64,000 bases of DNA, taken from assembly GCA_047637875.1 (NCBI GenBank), contig JBLJBH010000038.1, forward strand, positions 1,969 to 65,968, written 5' to 3'. This DNA is from Patescibacteria group bacterium (lineage in GTDB: Bacteria > Patescibacteriota > Gracilibacteria > BD1-5 > UBA6164). The translations under genes and the position numbers were made by a program. The notes beneath the pieces are model-generated. The model worked only from the letters and a program-made list of their open reading frames with translations, was not told the DNA's origin and searched no databases. The first letter of the stretch is position 1, and every line of letters starts with the position of its first letter. Shown piece by piece: positions 22,522-34,505 of this stretch.

Positions 22522-23034
22522 TTGGAACTTTCAAAAGAAGATAGAGATTTTTTGATACATTATAAATATCACCTAGAAGCAAATAAAATGCAAGTAGATA
22601 GAATTTTAAATATAGATCATCCTGTTGCTTCTTTATTGCATAACTGGGTAAATTTAAATGCGGAAAATAAAAAATGGTATTTAAAAAATATAAATAAAAT
22701 AAAACTTGTTTCAGAAGGAATAGAATTATTTTGAGATGTATATGATTTGGAAGATATTCAACCTATAAAAGATATATTTCAAGATGGAAGATGGTCAAGA
22801 GAACAAGCAGAAAATTATGCAAAAAATATTGGGAAAGAAATTCCTGATTGGAGTAGGCTTTTATCTTTTTTTCCAGAAAATGTATGGATTACTTTTTTTG
22901 TTTATGTTATGGGGATGAATAGAACTTATTTATGAAATTCTACTCAAAGTATTATAGCAAGCAAAAATATTTTATCTTTTGGAAGTGTTCTTTCTAGCAA
23001 TGGAAAATTGAGATTGGTTCGTATTAAAAATTAA
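22522..23034 (+). CDS. hypothetical protein (about 170 aa, start uncertain)
   Basis: Track ORFs 22522-22734 and 22747-22935 join through TGA. The frame is open from 22429 with no in-frame ATG. TTG 22522 is taken as the start. Confidence 0.5.
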
Positions 23035-23045
23035 TATAAAAAAGT

Positions 23046-23570
23046 ATGTCAAAAATTTTATGAAAATGAGTTTTTCCTGATCATGGGAAAGTAAATCCTG
23101 AAAATTATAAGTTAGATTCGGCAAGTAAAAAAAAGATAATAAAACTCTCAACAGCTATGTCAATTGGAGAAAGAGAAAGTTTTGAAGTATATAAATTTGA
23201 AGCTCAAATACTTCGTAGAATTGAAGAAATTATAGAAAGATGAGTAAATTCTTATGTTGATTATAAAGAATCACTTGGTGAGGAAATTCACCTTAATAGA
23301 AATTTATATGAGGAAGCTTCTATAATATCTGATGAAATGTCTAAAGAAGTGAATGTTATAGTAAAAACCTTAGATGTAGTAGAGTGAATTGCTTGAGTAG
23401 AAATCGATGATAATACTAATAAAATCCAGATAATTGAAACTTATTTTGAAGATTATAGTGATAAAGTAGCTAATTTATTGATACAAAATGAAGTGAAACT
23501 AGAACAAAAAGCAAAATCAGCAAAAAGATTTAGAAGAAGACAAAATGCTAAAAAGAAAAAAAGAAGTTAG
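23046..23570 (+). CDS. hypothetical protein (174 aa, basic C-terminus)
   Basis: Continuous frame with TGA=Gly. Confidence 0.55.
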
Positions 23571-23688
23571 GAATGACTTCTTTATTTTTGACTTTAAAAT
23601 TAAAAGTATATAATGAGAGTATATTTTAAGTAACTCATCTCAACCTTCTCGCATAAACCTTAAGGGAAGGAGAAATAAGGAAAGTTTT

Positions 23689-23845
23689 GTAACCCACCCC
23701 TAACCCCTCCCTTAAGCCTAATGGAGGGGAAAAAGTAACCCCTCCTAATCTCCCCTTAATTCTAATGGAAGGAGAAATAAGGAGAATATGAATTAAATCC
23801 TTCCCTTAGGCTTAAGGGAAGGTGGTCGAAGACCGGATGGGTTAC
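23689..23845. repeat. GC-rich structured repeat, copy A (composite)
   Basis: Outer pairing GTAACCCA (23689-23696) with TGGGTTAC (23838-23845). Internal hairpins CCCCTCC..GGAGGGG and CCTTCCCTTA-GGCT-TAAGGGAAGG. Shares blocks with 62456-62565. A partial unit lies at 23655-23688. Confidence 0.6.
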
Positions 23846-23913
23846 GAAAAAGAGTTTGCTTTATAAAATTAAGTTTTTATAATTATGACATTATTTAATA
23901 AAAATATATCAAT

Positions 23914-24768
23914 ATGTGATATTGAAAAACAATTACAACTTATTTAGTTGATGGTAGTTCAACATGAATTAAAACAGTTGAGTTATCAAACTGGGTATGA
24001 AAAGCAATAATTATACCTAGGCAAAAACTAAAAGAAGCAAAAGATAGAAATGAAGTTTTACAACCTGCAATTTATTTTCTTTTTTGAATTAATGATGATT
24101 GAAATTGATTAGCATATATTTGAGAGGCTGAGAATCTTATAAATAGAATTTGAAACCATGATACAAATAAAGATTTCTGGGATGTGGTTATAGGATTTAT
24201 TTCAAAAGATAATAATTTAACTAAGGCTGATGTTAAATATTTAGAAGCAAAAGCCATTGAGAGAGCTAAAAAAGTAAATAGATTTGTTTTACAAAATTGA
24301 GTTGAGCCAATTCCTAATAATCTACCTGAATATCAATTGGCTTCAATGAATGAATTTTTAGATAATATAGATTTATTAATTTCTGCAATTTGATATCCTA
24401 TTATTAAAGAAATAAAAGAAAATTTCTCAAAAAATAATATTTATTTCTGTAAATGACCTAATGCTGATGCATTTTGATTTTATACGGATGAATGATTTTT
24501 GGTACAAAAATGATCAAAGGTTAGAAAACAGACAACTTTAACTGCATGAAGTTGGATTAATTGAATACAGAAAAAATTATTAGAAGAAAAAATATTAGAA
24601 TATTTATCTGATGAAGAATTAATTTTCTCTGTAGATTATTTATTTAATAGTCCTAGTGCTTCAGCATGATTAATTTTATGAAGAAGAGCTAATTGATGGT
24701 TGGAGTGGAAAAATAAAGAATGAAAAAGTTTAGATGAAATTGAGAGAAGAAATTTAAAAGATATCTAA
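23914..24768 (+). CDS. GIY-YIG nuclease-family protein with a DUF4357-like C-terminus
   Basis: 284 aa. N-terminus TYLVDGSSTGIKTVELSNWVGKAIIIPR, then IYFLFG..GLAYIGEAENLINRIGNH (GIY-YIG core). Confidence 0.7.
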
Positions 24769-24810
24769 AAATTTATCCTCTCCTACAAGCCAAAAAATCC
24801 ATATTCCCCA

Positions 24811-24841
24811 AAAAAATGCTCTAATTTAGAGCATTTTTTTA
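24811..24841 (+). terminator. rho-independent terminator
   Basis: AAAAATGCTCT-AATTT-AGAGCATTTTT followed by a T-run. Confidence 0.8.
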
Positions 24842-24950
24842 TTTTTCACAAAATTTTCCCTTAAAAATCACAAAAAAACGCATATTTTCTCTTGCTAAAA
24901 TAACAAAAATAAATATATTTAGAAAGTATTTTATCACTAAAATTTTAGAC

Positions 24951-27579
24951 AATGTCAGAAAACGAAAATCTAGACCCAGAAGAACTAGAAAATGATGAAG
25001 GTTCCGATGAAAACCAATCTCAAGAAAATGAGACTGAGACTGAATCTTGAGAACAAACTACTCTAGCAGTTCCAACATGAATAGTTTATGATTGAGATAT
25101 AAATAGAAACATAAACGATGAAATGGAAACTTGTTATCTTGATTATGCGATGAGTGTTATTGTATCTCGTGCTCTTCCAGATGTAAGAGATTGATTGAAA
25201 CCAGTTCATAGAAGAATACTTTACTCTATGCATGAACAAGGCTTAAGAGCTTCTGCAAAATTTAGAAAATCAGCAACAGTAGTCTGACATGTACTTTGAA
25301 ACTACCATCCACACTGAGATATTTCAGTTTATGAAGCTATGGTTCGTATGGCTCAAGATTTCTCTTTGAGATATCCTTTAGTTCATGGTCAATGAAACTT
25401 CGGTTCTATGGACTGAGATGGAGCTGCAGCTTACAGATATACTGAAGCAAAAATGACGAAATTAGCAGAATTTATGCTAAGTGATATTGAAAAAGAAACA
25501 GTATTATTTAGAGATAACTTTGATACTACAAAACAAGAACCATCAGTACTTCCAAACAGAATTCCAAACTTACTTATGAACTGAGTAATGTGAATCGCAG
25601 TTTGAATGGCTACAAATATCCCTCCACACAATTTAGGAGAACTTTGTGATGCTATTAACTATCTTTTAAAAGTTCCAAACGAAGAAGAAGTTACAGTTGA
25701 AGATTTAATGGAATTTGTAAAATGACCTGATTTCCCAACTGGATGAATCGTTTATGATAAAGAAGCATTACTTACGGCTTATTCTACAGGTAGATGATCT
25801 GTAATTATGAGATGAGTTGCTTCTATTGAAGAAACTGCAAAATGAAGAAAATATATAAATATTTCTGAAATCCCTTACTGATTAAATAAAGCAGCATTTG
25901 TAGAAAAAATTGCTGAACTTGTTAAAGAGAAAAAAATAGTTGGTATTTCAGACTTAAGAGATGAATCAAATAAAGACTGAGTAAGAATTATTGTTGAATT
26001 AAAAAAAGATGCATTTCCTAAAAAAATCTTAAATCAATTATATAAACTCACTCCACTTCAAACAAGTTTTGGTTATAACATGATTGCTCTTTGAGAAAGA
26101 GGAAAACAACCAAAATTACATAACTTAAAAGAAATTTTAGTTGAGTTTATAGCTCATAGAAAAGAAGTTGTTACCAATAGAACTATTTATGAATTAAAAA
26201 TTGCTCAAGCGAGAGCTCATATTTTAGAATGATTAAAAATCGCTTTAGATAATATCGATGAAGTTATAAAAGTTATTAGAGCAAGTTATGATGATGCTGA
26301 AGTACAACTTATGAAAGCATTTGGACTTTCTCAAATCCAAGCTGAAGCAATAGTTGAAATGAAATTAAGAAGATTACAATGACTTGAAAAAGAAAAAATT
26401 GAAAAAGAACTTTTAGAAAAATTAGCATTTATTGCTGATTGTCAAGATATTTTAGCGAAACCTGAAAGAGTAGTTGCAATAGTTATTTCTGAAGTTGAAG
26501 AAATAAAAGATATGTTTGGTGATAAAAGAAGAACTCAAGTTAATAATGCAAAAATCGGAGAATTTAATCCAAAAGATACAATTGCAAACGAAGAAGTAGT
26601 TATAACTATTTCAAAAAACTCTTACATAAAAAGAATGCTATCAAGTTCGTTTAGAACTCAAAGAAGAGGATGAGTTTGAGTGAATAATGCTACCAAAGAT
26701 GAAGATGAAATCAAATTAGTATTATCTACAAAAAATCATAATGACCTACTTTTCTTTACTTCAAGATGAAGAGTATTTACGCTTCCTGCTTATGAAATTC
26801 CAGAATCAAATAGAACTTCAAAATGACAACCAATTATAAATTTATTATCACTTGATAAAAATGAAGAAATCTCATCAGTTCTTGATATAACTGAAGAAAA
26901 AAATAAATATTTATTTTTCGTTACTTCGAAATGAACTTCAAAAAAATTATTAATGGATGAAGTTAAAAAAATCAGATCAAGTGGGCTTATAGTTCTAAAA
27001 ATAAAAGAAGATGATAATCTTGCTTGGGTAAAAACTACATCAGGAAATGATAATATATTCATAGCAACAAGAGAATGAAAAGCTATACAATTTGGTGAAG
27101 ATGACGTAAGACCAATGTGAAGAGCTGCAAGCTGAGTAAGATGAATTAGAATAAAATGAAATGACGAAGTAGTTGAAGTAGCTGTAGTTTGAGCGGGAGA
27201 AAAATACGTACTAGTTGTTACACAAAATGGTATGTGAAAAATCTCTGAAATCACTGAATATAGAGATCAAACTAGAGGATGATCTTGAGTAAAAGCTATG
27301 GCAGTTACTGCTAAAACTTGAAATGTAGTTTGAGCTATGATGCTAAGAGAAGAAGATAGAGATGATACGGATTTACTTTTAATGAGTAAATGAGGACAAA
27401 CTATTAGACTTCCACTAAAATGAATCAGAGTAACTTCAAGAGTAACTCAATGAGTAATTTTAACAAAAATTAGAGGTGAAGATGATGAAATAGTTAGAGC
27501 AAGTTTGATGAAATCATGAGAATGAGAAGAAACAGCAACTACATCTAGCGAAGTAGTTGAAGAAATAAGTGAAGAATAA
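24951..27579 (+). CDS. gyrA: DNA gyrase subunit A (5' end ambiguous)
   Basis: [47 protein letters not shown], and beta-pinwheel repeats in the C-terminus. The body frame is open from 24940 to TAA 27577-27579. ATG 24951 is one nt out of frame (A5 run 24958-24962). The first in-frame ATG is 25123. Confidence 0.9.
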
Positions 27580-27583
27580 AAAT

Positions 27584-27620
27584 AAAAGACTAAATCTTAT
27601 GATTTAGTCTTTTATTTTTT
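27584..27620. terminator. bidirectional terminator between gyrA and the TrmB-like gene
   Basis: AAAAGACTAAATC..GATTTAGTCTTTT, a 13-bp stem, followed by a T-run. Confidence 0.8.
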
Positions 27621-28346
27621 TAAAAATTTAAATAATAACAGAAAAATTTTTCTCTCAAAGTTTGCAAATATTGGGCTTTCAATTATAAAACTTTCAAAAG
27701 TGTTATAATCAATGATAGCGACTTTGTTTGCATAAATTATTTTTGTAATATTATCCTCAAATAAATCATATTTCTTTGGGATAACAACTACATCTTTTTC
27801 AAGTTTTTTTGGCTTTAAATCATTTAAATACTCATTTGTTATAACATATCTTTCCAGTTTTTTTTCTTCTCTGAGTTTTTTGTATTGTTCATAATCTTTT
27901 TTAGGAATTGAAGTTTGATTTATATCATTTCTTGAACTATATCTATAAAAAACATCTCCAGTTTTGAGAGTATTTCAAATATCTAGGAAAATATTTTTTA
28001 CTCCATTTTTTCATTGTAGGTGTTTAAAAACAGGTTTTGAAAAATTATTTTCATAAATTTTTTGAATTTCTGGAATATAAGTATCAAAATCATTTTTAAT
28101 ATTTTCTAAATAATTATTTAAAATTTTTGGATTTTCAGCTAAAAAATGAGTTCTTTTTCCTTTTATTACTTTTGAAATAAGTCAGTTTTCAACCATGCTT
28201 GGGATGATTTTATATAAATTTGGTCTATTAATCCCAGTTTGTTTTGATATATCAGAAAGAGTTTTATTTTGATTACTAAGTAAAAATAAATAAATCTCAG
28301 ACTCATTCTCAGAAAGTCATAAATGTTTTAATAAATTTGTATTCAT
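27612..28346 (-). CDS. TrmB-like HTH transcriptional regulator
   Basis: 244 aa. LGLSENESEIYLFLLSNQNKTLSDISKQTGINRPNLYKIIPSMVENGLI. Confidence 0.7.
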
Positions 28347-28513
28347 ATAAAAGTGTAAATAAATATTACACTTTTATTATATTTATTTTTTCTTTATTTA
28401 AAAGTAATTTTATTTTTTTATGATAATTTATCTTACACTTTAGTTTGAATTTTTGATAAAATATTTTTTTCTTTGTAATATCAAAATGTATTTTATTTCT
28501 TATCTATATTTAT

Positions 28514-29443
28514 ATGAAACTAGATATGCATTTTCATTCTACTGCTTCAGATGGACTTTTTACTCAAGAAAAACTTTTACAACAAGCAAAATTTAAAAAT
28601 CTTGATTTTATAGCTTTAACTGACCATGATGTTGTTTCTTATGGTTTTAGAGAGCAGGCAAAGAAACTTTGAATTCAAAGTTGTCAATCAGTTGAGATTT
28701 CTGCTTATAATGAGGAAAACGATAAAAGTTTACATCTAACTTTGTATGCAAAAAGTATTTCAAAAAATATTAGTCAAATTTTATCTTGAATTATAAAAAC
28801 AAAAGAAGATTTGATAGAAAAACAAATAGATTTTTTTGTTTCTATTGGATTTATTATAAATAAGTTTGAGTTTTATAGTTTTTTTGAAAAATTATGAAGA
28901 AAAAAAGATAGTTTAAATAAATTTGATATAGTAAAATTTATGTTTCTAACTTTGGAAAACACAATCATAGCTAAAAAACTAAATAATGGTATATGAATAA
29001 ATGAGGAAGAATTTTATATAAAATTTCTTAAAAGATGATGAGAAAAATTTGATGAATTTGCTGTGATAGTTGATAATTATGAGATATTAATTTCAGAATG
29101 TAGGAAATTTCAAAAACAAACTGAATGAATTTTAGCTCTCCCTCATCCAAATGTAACTTTTAGAAAATGATGAATAAAAGAATTTGAAAAAGTTTTACCA
29201 TTTTATATAGAAAATTGAGGAATTAATGCTATTGAAATAAATGCTAAAGCAACTAAAGAATGGGTAGAAACTATATTAAAAGCAAAATATAAGTATGGGC
29301 TTTATATAACTTTTTGAAGTGATTTTCATAAAGAAAATCACAATGATGGAAAACATTGAGAATTTTGAGATGTAAATCCTTTTATTTCACCAGATTGAGT
29401 GAGAAAATATTTCTGAGAATATAAAGATAAAATAATGTTATAA
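28514..29443 (+). CDS. PHP-domain metal-dependent phosphoesterase
   Basis: 309 aa. MKLDMHFHSTASDG...FIALTDHD. Confidence 0.75.
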
Positions 29444-29633
29444 CGACATTATTTTTTTATTATTTGCTTTTTAAAATAAATATCATACAATGATTTCGTA
29501 AGCTTAGGTTTTTAAAGTTCTCTTGTTAAATTTTCATTTTAAAGTTTTTTCTTTTAAATTCGGTTAATTTATGTTTAGAAATTTTTAAAAAATACTTTGG
29601 GTTTGCGCCTGTTTATTTTTTTATATTTATCCC

Positions 29634-29903
29634 ATGGGAAAAAAATTATTTGTTGGTAATATCAACTGGTCAGCTTCGAAAGAAGATTTAGAAAATATCT
29701 TCGGAGAATTCGGAGAATTAGAAGAAGCTATTTTAATTAAAGATGAAAATGGAAGATCAAAAGGTTTTGGTTTCATCTCTTACGTTAATGAAGCAGATGC
29801 TATGAAAGCTGCAGCTGAATTAAATGGATTCCAAATTGATGGTAGACCATTATTCGTTAATGAAGCTAGACCACAAGAAAAAAGAGAAAGAAATTTCAGA
29901 TAA
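29634..29903 (+). CDS. RRM-type RNA-binding protein
   Basis: Track ORF. RNP2 LFVGNI and RNP1 KGFGFISY. No TGA codons. Confidence 0.85.
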   Translation: MGKKLFVGNINWSASKEDLENIFGEFGELEEAILIKDENGRSKGFGFISYVNEADAMKAAAELNGFQIDGRPLFVNEARPQEKRERNFR

Positions 29904-29914
29904 TTTTTCAAAAA

Positions 29915-29947
29915 ACAAAAAAACTCACAAATTTGTGAGTTTTTTTG
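29915..29947 (+). terminator. rho-independent terminator
   Basis: AAACTCACAA-AT-TTGTGAGTTT followed by a T-run. Confidence 0.85.
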
Positions 29948-30012
29948 TTGCTAAAATTTGTAAAAATACTTTAAATATGCTAAAATTATATAAATACTTT
30001 TAATTTATTTTT

Positions 30013-30294
30013 ATGTTTGATAAAAAACAAATAATTTTAGAAATTTTAAATGAACTTATTTGAGTCTGGGATTTATCTGAGTGACTAAAAAATTTGATAA
30101 TTTTATCAAATGATAAAAATTTAATAAATTCAGTTTATGAAATAATAAAACATTCTATAAATCAAACTAAAAATAATATGGAAATAAATAAATTGAAAAT
30201 CATAGAAGAAAAAATGCAAAAAATTCAAAAAGAGGAATATTTAGAAAAAGAAAATGCAGAAAATTTTTTAGAAGAAAATTTAAATCTAATTTAA
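30013..30294 (+). CDS. hypothetical protein (93 aa)
   Basis: In frame with track ORF 30094-30294. Ends 4 nt before the next gene. Confidence 0.55.
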
Positions 30295-30298
30295 AAAT

Positions 30299-33200
30299 AT
30301 GGAAAATTTAAAACAAATAGTTTCAGAAAATTCTAATAATTGAAAAGAAATTTCTTTAGAAGAAATTCAAGCTCTTGATAAAAAAGAGCTTGTAAAAAGT
30401 TTGAAAGAAATATCTCCTGATTTAGAGAAAGATTTAAAAAATGGATTAAAAAATCTTATTTCAAATAATATTCAATCAGTAAATAATCTAGGTGAAACTT
30501 CTTCAAATAATCAAATAATAATCTATGCAATGCAGATTTATGCAAATCTTTGTTGAATGAAAATGCCAATTGATGGAGTATTTAACAAGGATTTAGTTAG
30601 TCCAGATTTCAAAAAATTATTTACCAAAAAACAAACAAATCTTTCAGAAAAACTAGGTTTGCCTATGGAAAAACTTAAAGATGCAAAAAATTTAAGTGAA
30701 TTTTTAGATACAACACTTGAAACTTTAATTAAAAAAATGCTTGGGAAACTTAATTCTCCTGAATGAATTCCTCTAAAAACTTGAGAAATTTATAAAGAAT
30801 TAGTTATTTTACTTGGGGAAATAGATAAAAATTTACCTGAGGGAAATATATATAAATGAAATATTCAACTGATTATTAATAATTTTTTAACTCCAAAAGA
30901 AAATGGGGAAAGATTGATTCAAGCAGTTGTTGATAAAATTATAAATCCAAATGAGAAACTTCTAAAATCACAAGATATAGAAGTTTTGAAAATTGCTATG
31001 AAGTGATGACTCTGAACTCTTATTGATATAGCAAAAACTGGAAATGATGATAGACTAAAAAGTTATATAAATGAATTTAAAAATATCCCAAAAATCAAAG
31101 AATATATTGATAAAGTTCCAGAATTTGATAAAATTTTTGATTTATTTATCTCACTTTTAAAAACGTTAGATAAAAATGAACTTAATTCTCAAATTGATAT
31201 ATTTTTCTCTAAAAATACTGATAATTTATTAAAACTATCAAATAAAAAACCTTGAGAAAAAGTAGATAATAAAGTTAAACTAGAAATTGTTAATTGAGCT
31301 TGGAGAATAGTTGATAGTTTGATAAACAAAGAAAGAGTTACTGTGGGGCTAAATAAAATCTCAGAATTTGATTTTTTACGTAAAAATCCACTTGCTTCTC
31401 AGATTTTAGATATAATAAATAGTTCAAAATTATCTCCAGATGATAAACTGAGATTATTTAAAGAAGTTTCAAAATTGGTTTTAGTTACGACTTCTCCAAA
31501 TTTTAAAGATAAAACCGAGCAGTCAGATGTTATCAGAGGCACTTTAAATAATTTAGTTGAAATGATATCACAACTCAATAAAGAGTGAAAACTAGATGAA
31601 CAAAAAGTTATTAAGTTAGTAAAAGAGATTATAAACGGTTGAGAAGAATCTTCACTGATAGAAAAAGTTAAAAAACTCAGAAATTTAAAAGATTTATCGA
31701 GTTTCCTTTCAGATAATTTTGATACTATTACGACGCTAGTTTGGTGAAAGCTAAAATGATGAGATGGATTGGAAGATGCGATAAAAGAATTTATTCGTAA
31801 ATATAAACTTTCAGATAATATTGCAAAAGCCGGATGAAATCTTATAGAAAGACTAGAAAAAGCTTTTAGTCTTAATACGGCAGATATGATTTTATCGATA
31901 AGAAAGACTTTACTTGAGTGAAATATTGCTGTTGATACAACATTTGATAGAAGAACTCAAACTCAAAAAGCGGCTCAAGACATAGGGGGAATTGTGATAG
32001 ATAAAATTTCAAAAAAATGATTTGAATTGATACAACAAAAACTATCATCACCTGATAATAGTCAGAAAAAATTAACTAAAGAAGATATTATTAATACTAT
32101 TTTTTCCTCTATTTGAGATATTTTTAATGAAAGAGAATTAAGAAATAAAATATTTGAAAATTCAAAAAAACTCTGAGCAAATATTGATAATAAAGAACAA
32201 TTTATTCAAAATCTTGTATCTTATTTTGTAAACAATAATGAATTTAAATCTATTATAAATAATATTTCTACTCTTATACTTTCTAGACTTTCAAATTCAA
32301 AAAATATTTCTGCAGAACTGGATAGTATAAAAAATGATATTAATAAATTGATAAGTGATTTTTCTAAAAATTATAAAAAAGATTGAATAAATGGGGCTAT
32401 CAGAACATTCAATGAGACCCAAATTATTGATCAAAATACAAAACAAGAGCTTATTGAAACTTCTTTAAGTATAGTGTATGATTATGTAGGGAAAAAGGAA
32501 AATATTTTAGTACTTTTAAAATCTTTTCCAGAAATTTCTCAGAAATTACCAAAATGAGTTTCAGATGAAAAAGCTACTAAAATATTAGGAGATTTTATAA
32601 AAGCAATTCCTAAAAATGTAGTTTGAGAAATTTTACAAAATGAATTACATTCTTGAATAAATATAAATGATTATAAAACACCAGAAAAGATTTTAGAATT
32701 ATTTAATAAATTAATTTCTCATAAAGATGTAAATAAAGATATATTATTACAAACTATTATTCAAGCAAATTTATGAGAAGTGATGAATTCTCAATGATGA
32801 TGAAATGAAAAAATACATATTTCCAAAGAAACTCTCTCATCTTGAGTTGATACTCTATATACACTACTTTCTCAAACTTCAAAAAACGAAATAAATACTC
32901 TTATTTCTAGTTTAGGATTAGATAAAATTTTCTCTGGAGTGATTGATACGACACTGAAAAATATTCCCAAAGAAACACTCAAAAGAAATCTTTTAGCAAA
33001 TTTTGATTTTGTGAATGATGCTATAAATGGAAATATTGATATGAATAAATCATTAAAATTTTCCTCTGAATTATATAAAGATATACCAGTGGGAAAAAGA
33101 CTTTTGGTAGTGGATGATTTGCTTTCAGGTTTTGATACTTCTGCTTCTTGATGAGAGAAATTACAAATTAATGCTTCAAATTCAAAATATATTTCAGATA

Positions 33201-34027
33201 TGGTTTATGCTACACTAGAAATAAATGATACTACTCAGTTATCAAATATTATTTGAAAAATAAATCCTGGACTTCAAGAAATTTTATCAAAAAAAGAATT
33301 TCTCTGACAAGATAATTTATCTTTGTGAATATGAGTTTTGAAATCTATTTCGAAAGAAAAATTTGAAAGTTTTTTAGCTAAAAATTCAAGTGATATAAAT
33401 AATTTTATGAATTCCAAAGATGAAAAAATCATTATAAAGTTATCTACTGAATTACTTTGAGATATAAGTACTACTCATTTAAGACAAAATCTTTCTCATG
33501 AAAATATGTCTCAAAATGAAACAGCTCTTTTAGATATGTCTGAATCTATTCAAAAATCTTTAGAAAAAAATAAATCAAAACTAGAAAATATACTAAGAGT
33601 TTGAGAAAAATTAAAAAACTATATTGACCCACCAGAAAAAGATTTTTCAAAAAGTGGACTTACTCAAAATGAGATCTTAAATTTTTCTTCTGATTTATTT
33701 GATATTATGAGTGATACTTTAAATTTAGAACTCAAAAGTATTATGGAAAAACAAGGTATTTCAAATATGGCTGATGCAAGAGTAAAACTTGCTGAAAAAT
33801 TTGAAATTCCTACTTCAAAATGAGATTCTAAAATAGATATGTCAAAGATAAGCTTTTTTGATTTCTTTATGAGTAATCCATGATTTTCTTTGTATTGGTG
33901 ATGAGCTTATATTTTTAAATGACAAGATTATACTTTGAAAAATGCTGGAATTGATTATTTTTTAGATACTTCAAGGAAGCAAGATTTTATAAATCTTACT
34001 TTAGGGTATTTTGATTTAAAAGGATAA
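30299..34027 (+). CDS. large hypothetical protein (1242 aa, probably all-helical)
   Basis: Track ORFs 30557, 31319 and 32939 are all in frame with ATG 30299. No TAA/TAG for 3.7 kb. No signal peptide or known motif recognised. Confidence 0.75.
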
Positions 34028-34054
34028 ATTTTATTGAAAAATTTATCCTTTTTA
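34020..34054 (+). terminator. rho-independent terminator
   Basis: AAGGATAAATT..AATTTATCCTT followed by a T-run. Confidence 0.8.
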
Positions 34055-34271
34055 TTATAATGAAAATCCAAGGTCTGTTTTAAAGGCATTTGATTAGATT
34101 AATTTTTTTCCTTACAAAAAAAATTACCTGAAAGTTTCTTGATTAGATATGACTATGAGAATTAATTTTTTCAGAACTTATATCGGGGCTTTCTAAATCC
34201 TTGTATTAAAAAGGAATACAAAAAACATCTATCTAACCTTAAAATGGATTTTTTATTAATAATTTTAAAAT

Positions 34272-34505
34272 ATGACTTTATTATCTGAAGAACAAAGAAA
34301 AAAATTAGCTGAGTCTTGAATAAGAGTTCCTTACGTAAATGAAACTTGTATTTGATGTAGTGCTTGTGTTGCTATTTGTCCAGATGTTTATGATCTTGAT
34401 GATAATGGACTTAGTGTTGTAAAAGAACTATGAAATTATGAAAATATGTGAGTTGATGATAGTATTTCAGCATGTCCAGTAAATGCAATTTCTTGGAAAA
34501 ACTAA
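34272..34505 (+). CDS. small 4Fe-4S ferredoxin
   Basis: 77 aa. CIGCSACVAICP ... SACP. Confidence 0.8.

Noticed and set aside
23640-23850. CRISPR array, because of the short GC-rich repeated units.
   Set aside because: The units are irregular in length and spacing, mostly self-complementary hairpins, with no uniform spacers and no cas genes in the window.
24951-24953. Taking ATG 24951 as an unproblematic gyrA start.
   Set aside because: It is in a different frame from the conserved body and terminates after about 50 codons. It is kept only as the probable true start if the A5 run is an indel error.
26790-27254. 154-aa standard-code ORF on the minus strand (longest minus-strand ORF in the track).
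   Set aside because: It is antisense to the GyrA C-terminal domain, which has clear homology-type motifs. It is a low-complexity S/T/F-rich translation. Antisense of TGA-rich coding sequence is depleted in stops.
34060-34270. Riboswitch or ncRNA upstream of the ferredoxin gene.
   Set aside because: I found only one short 7-bp hairpin (TTGTATT/AATACAA) and no recognisable conserved riboswitch core. There is insufficient evidence.
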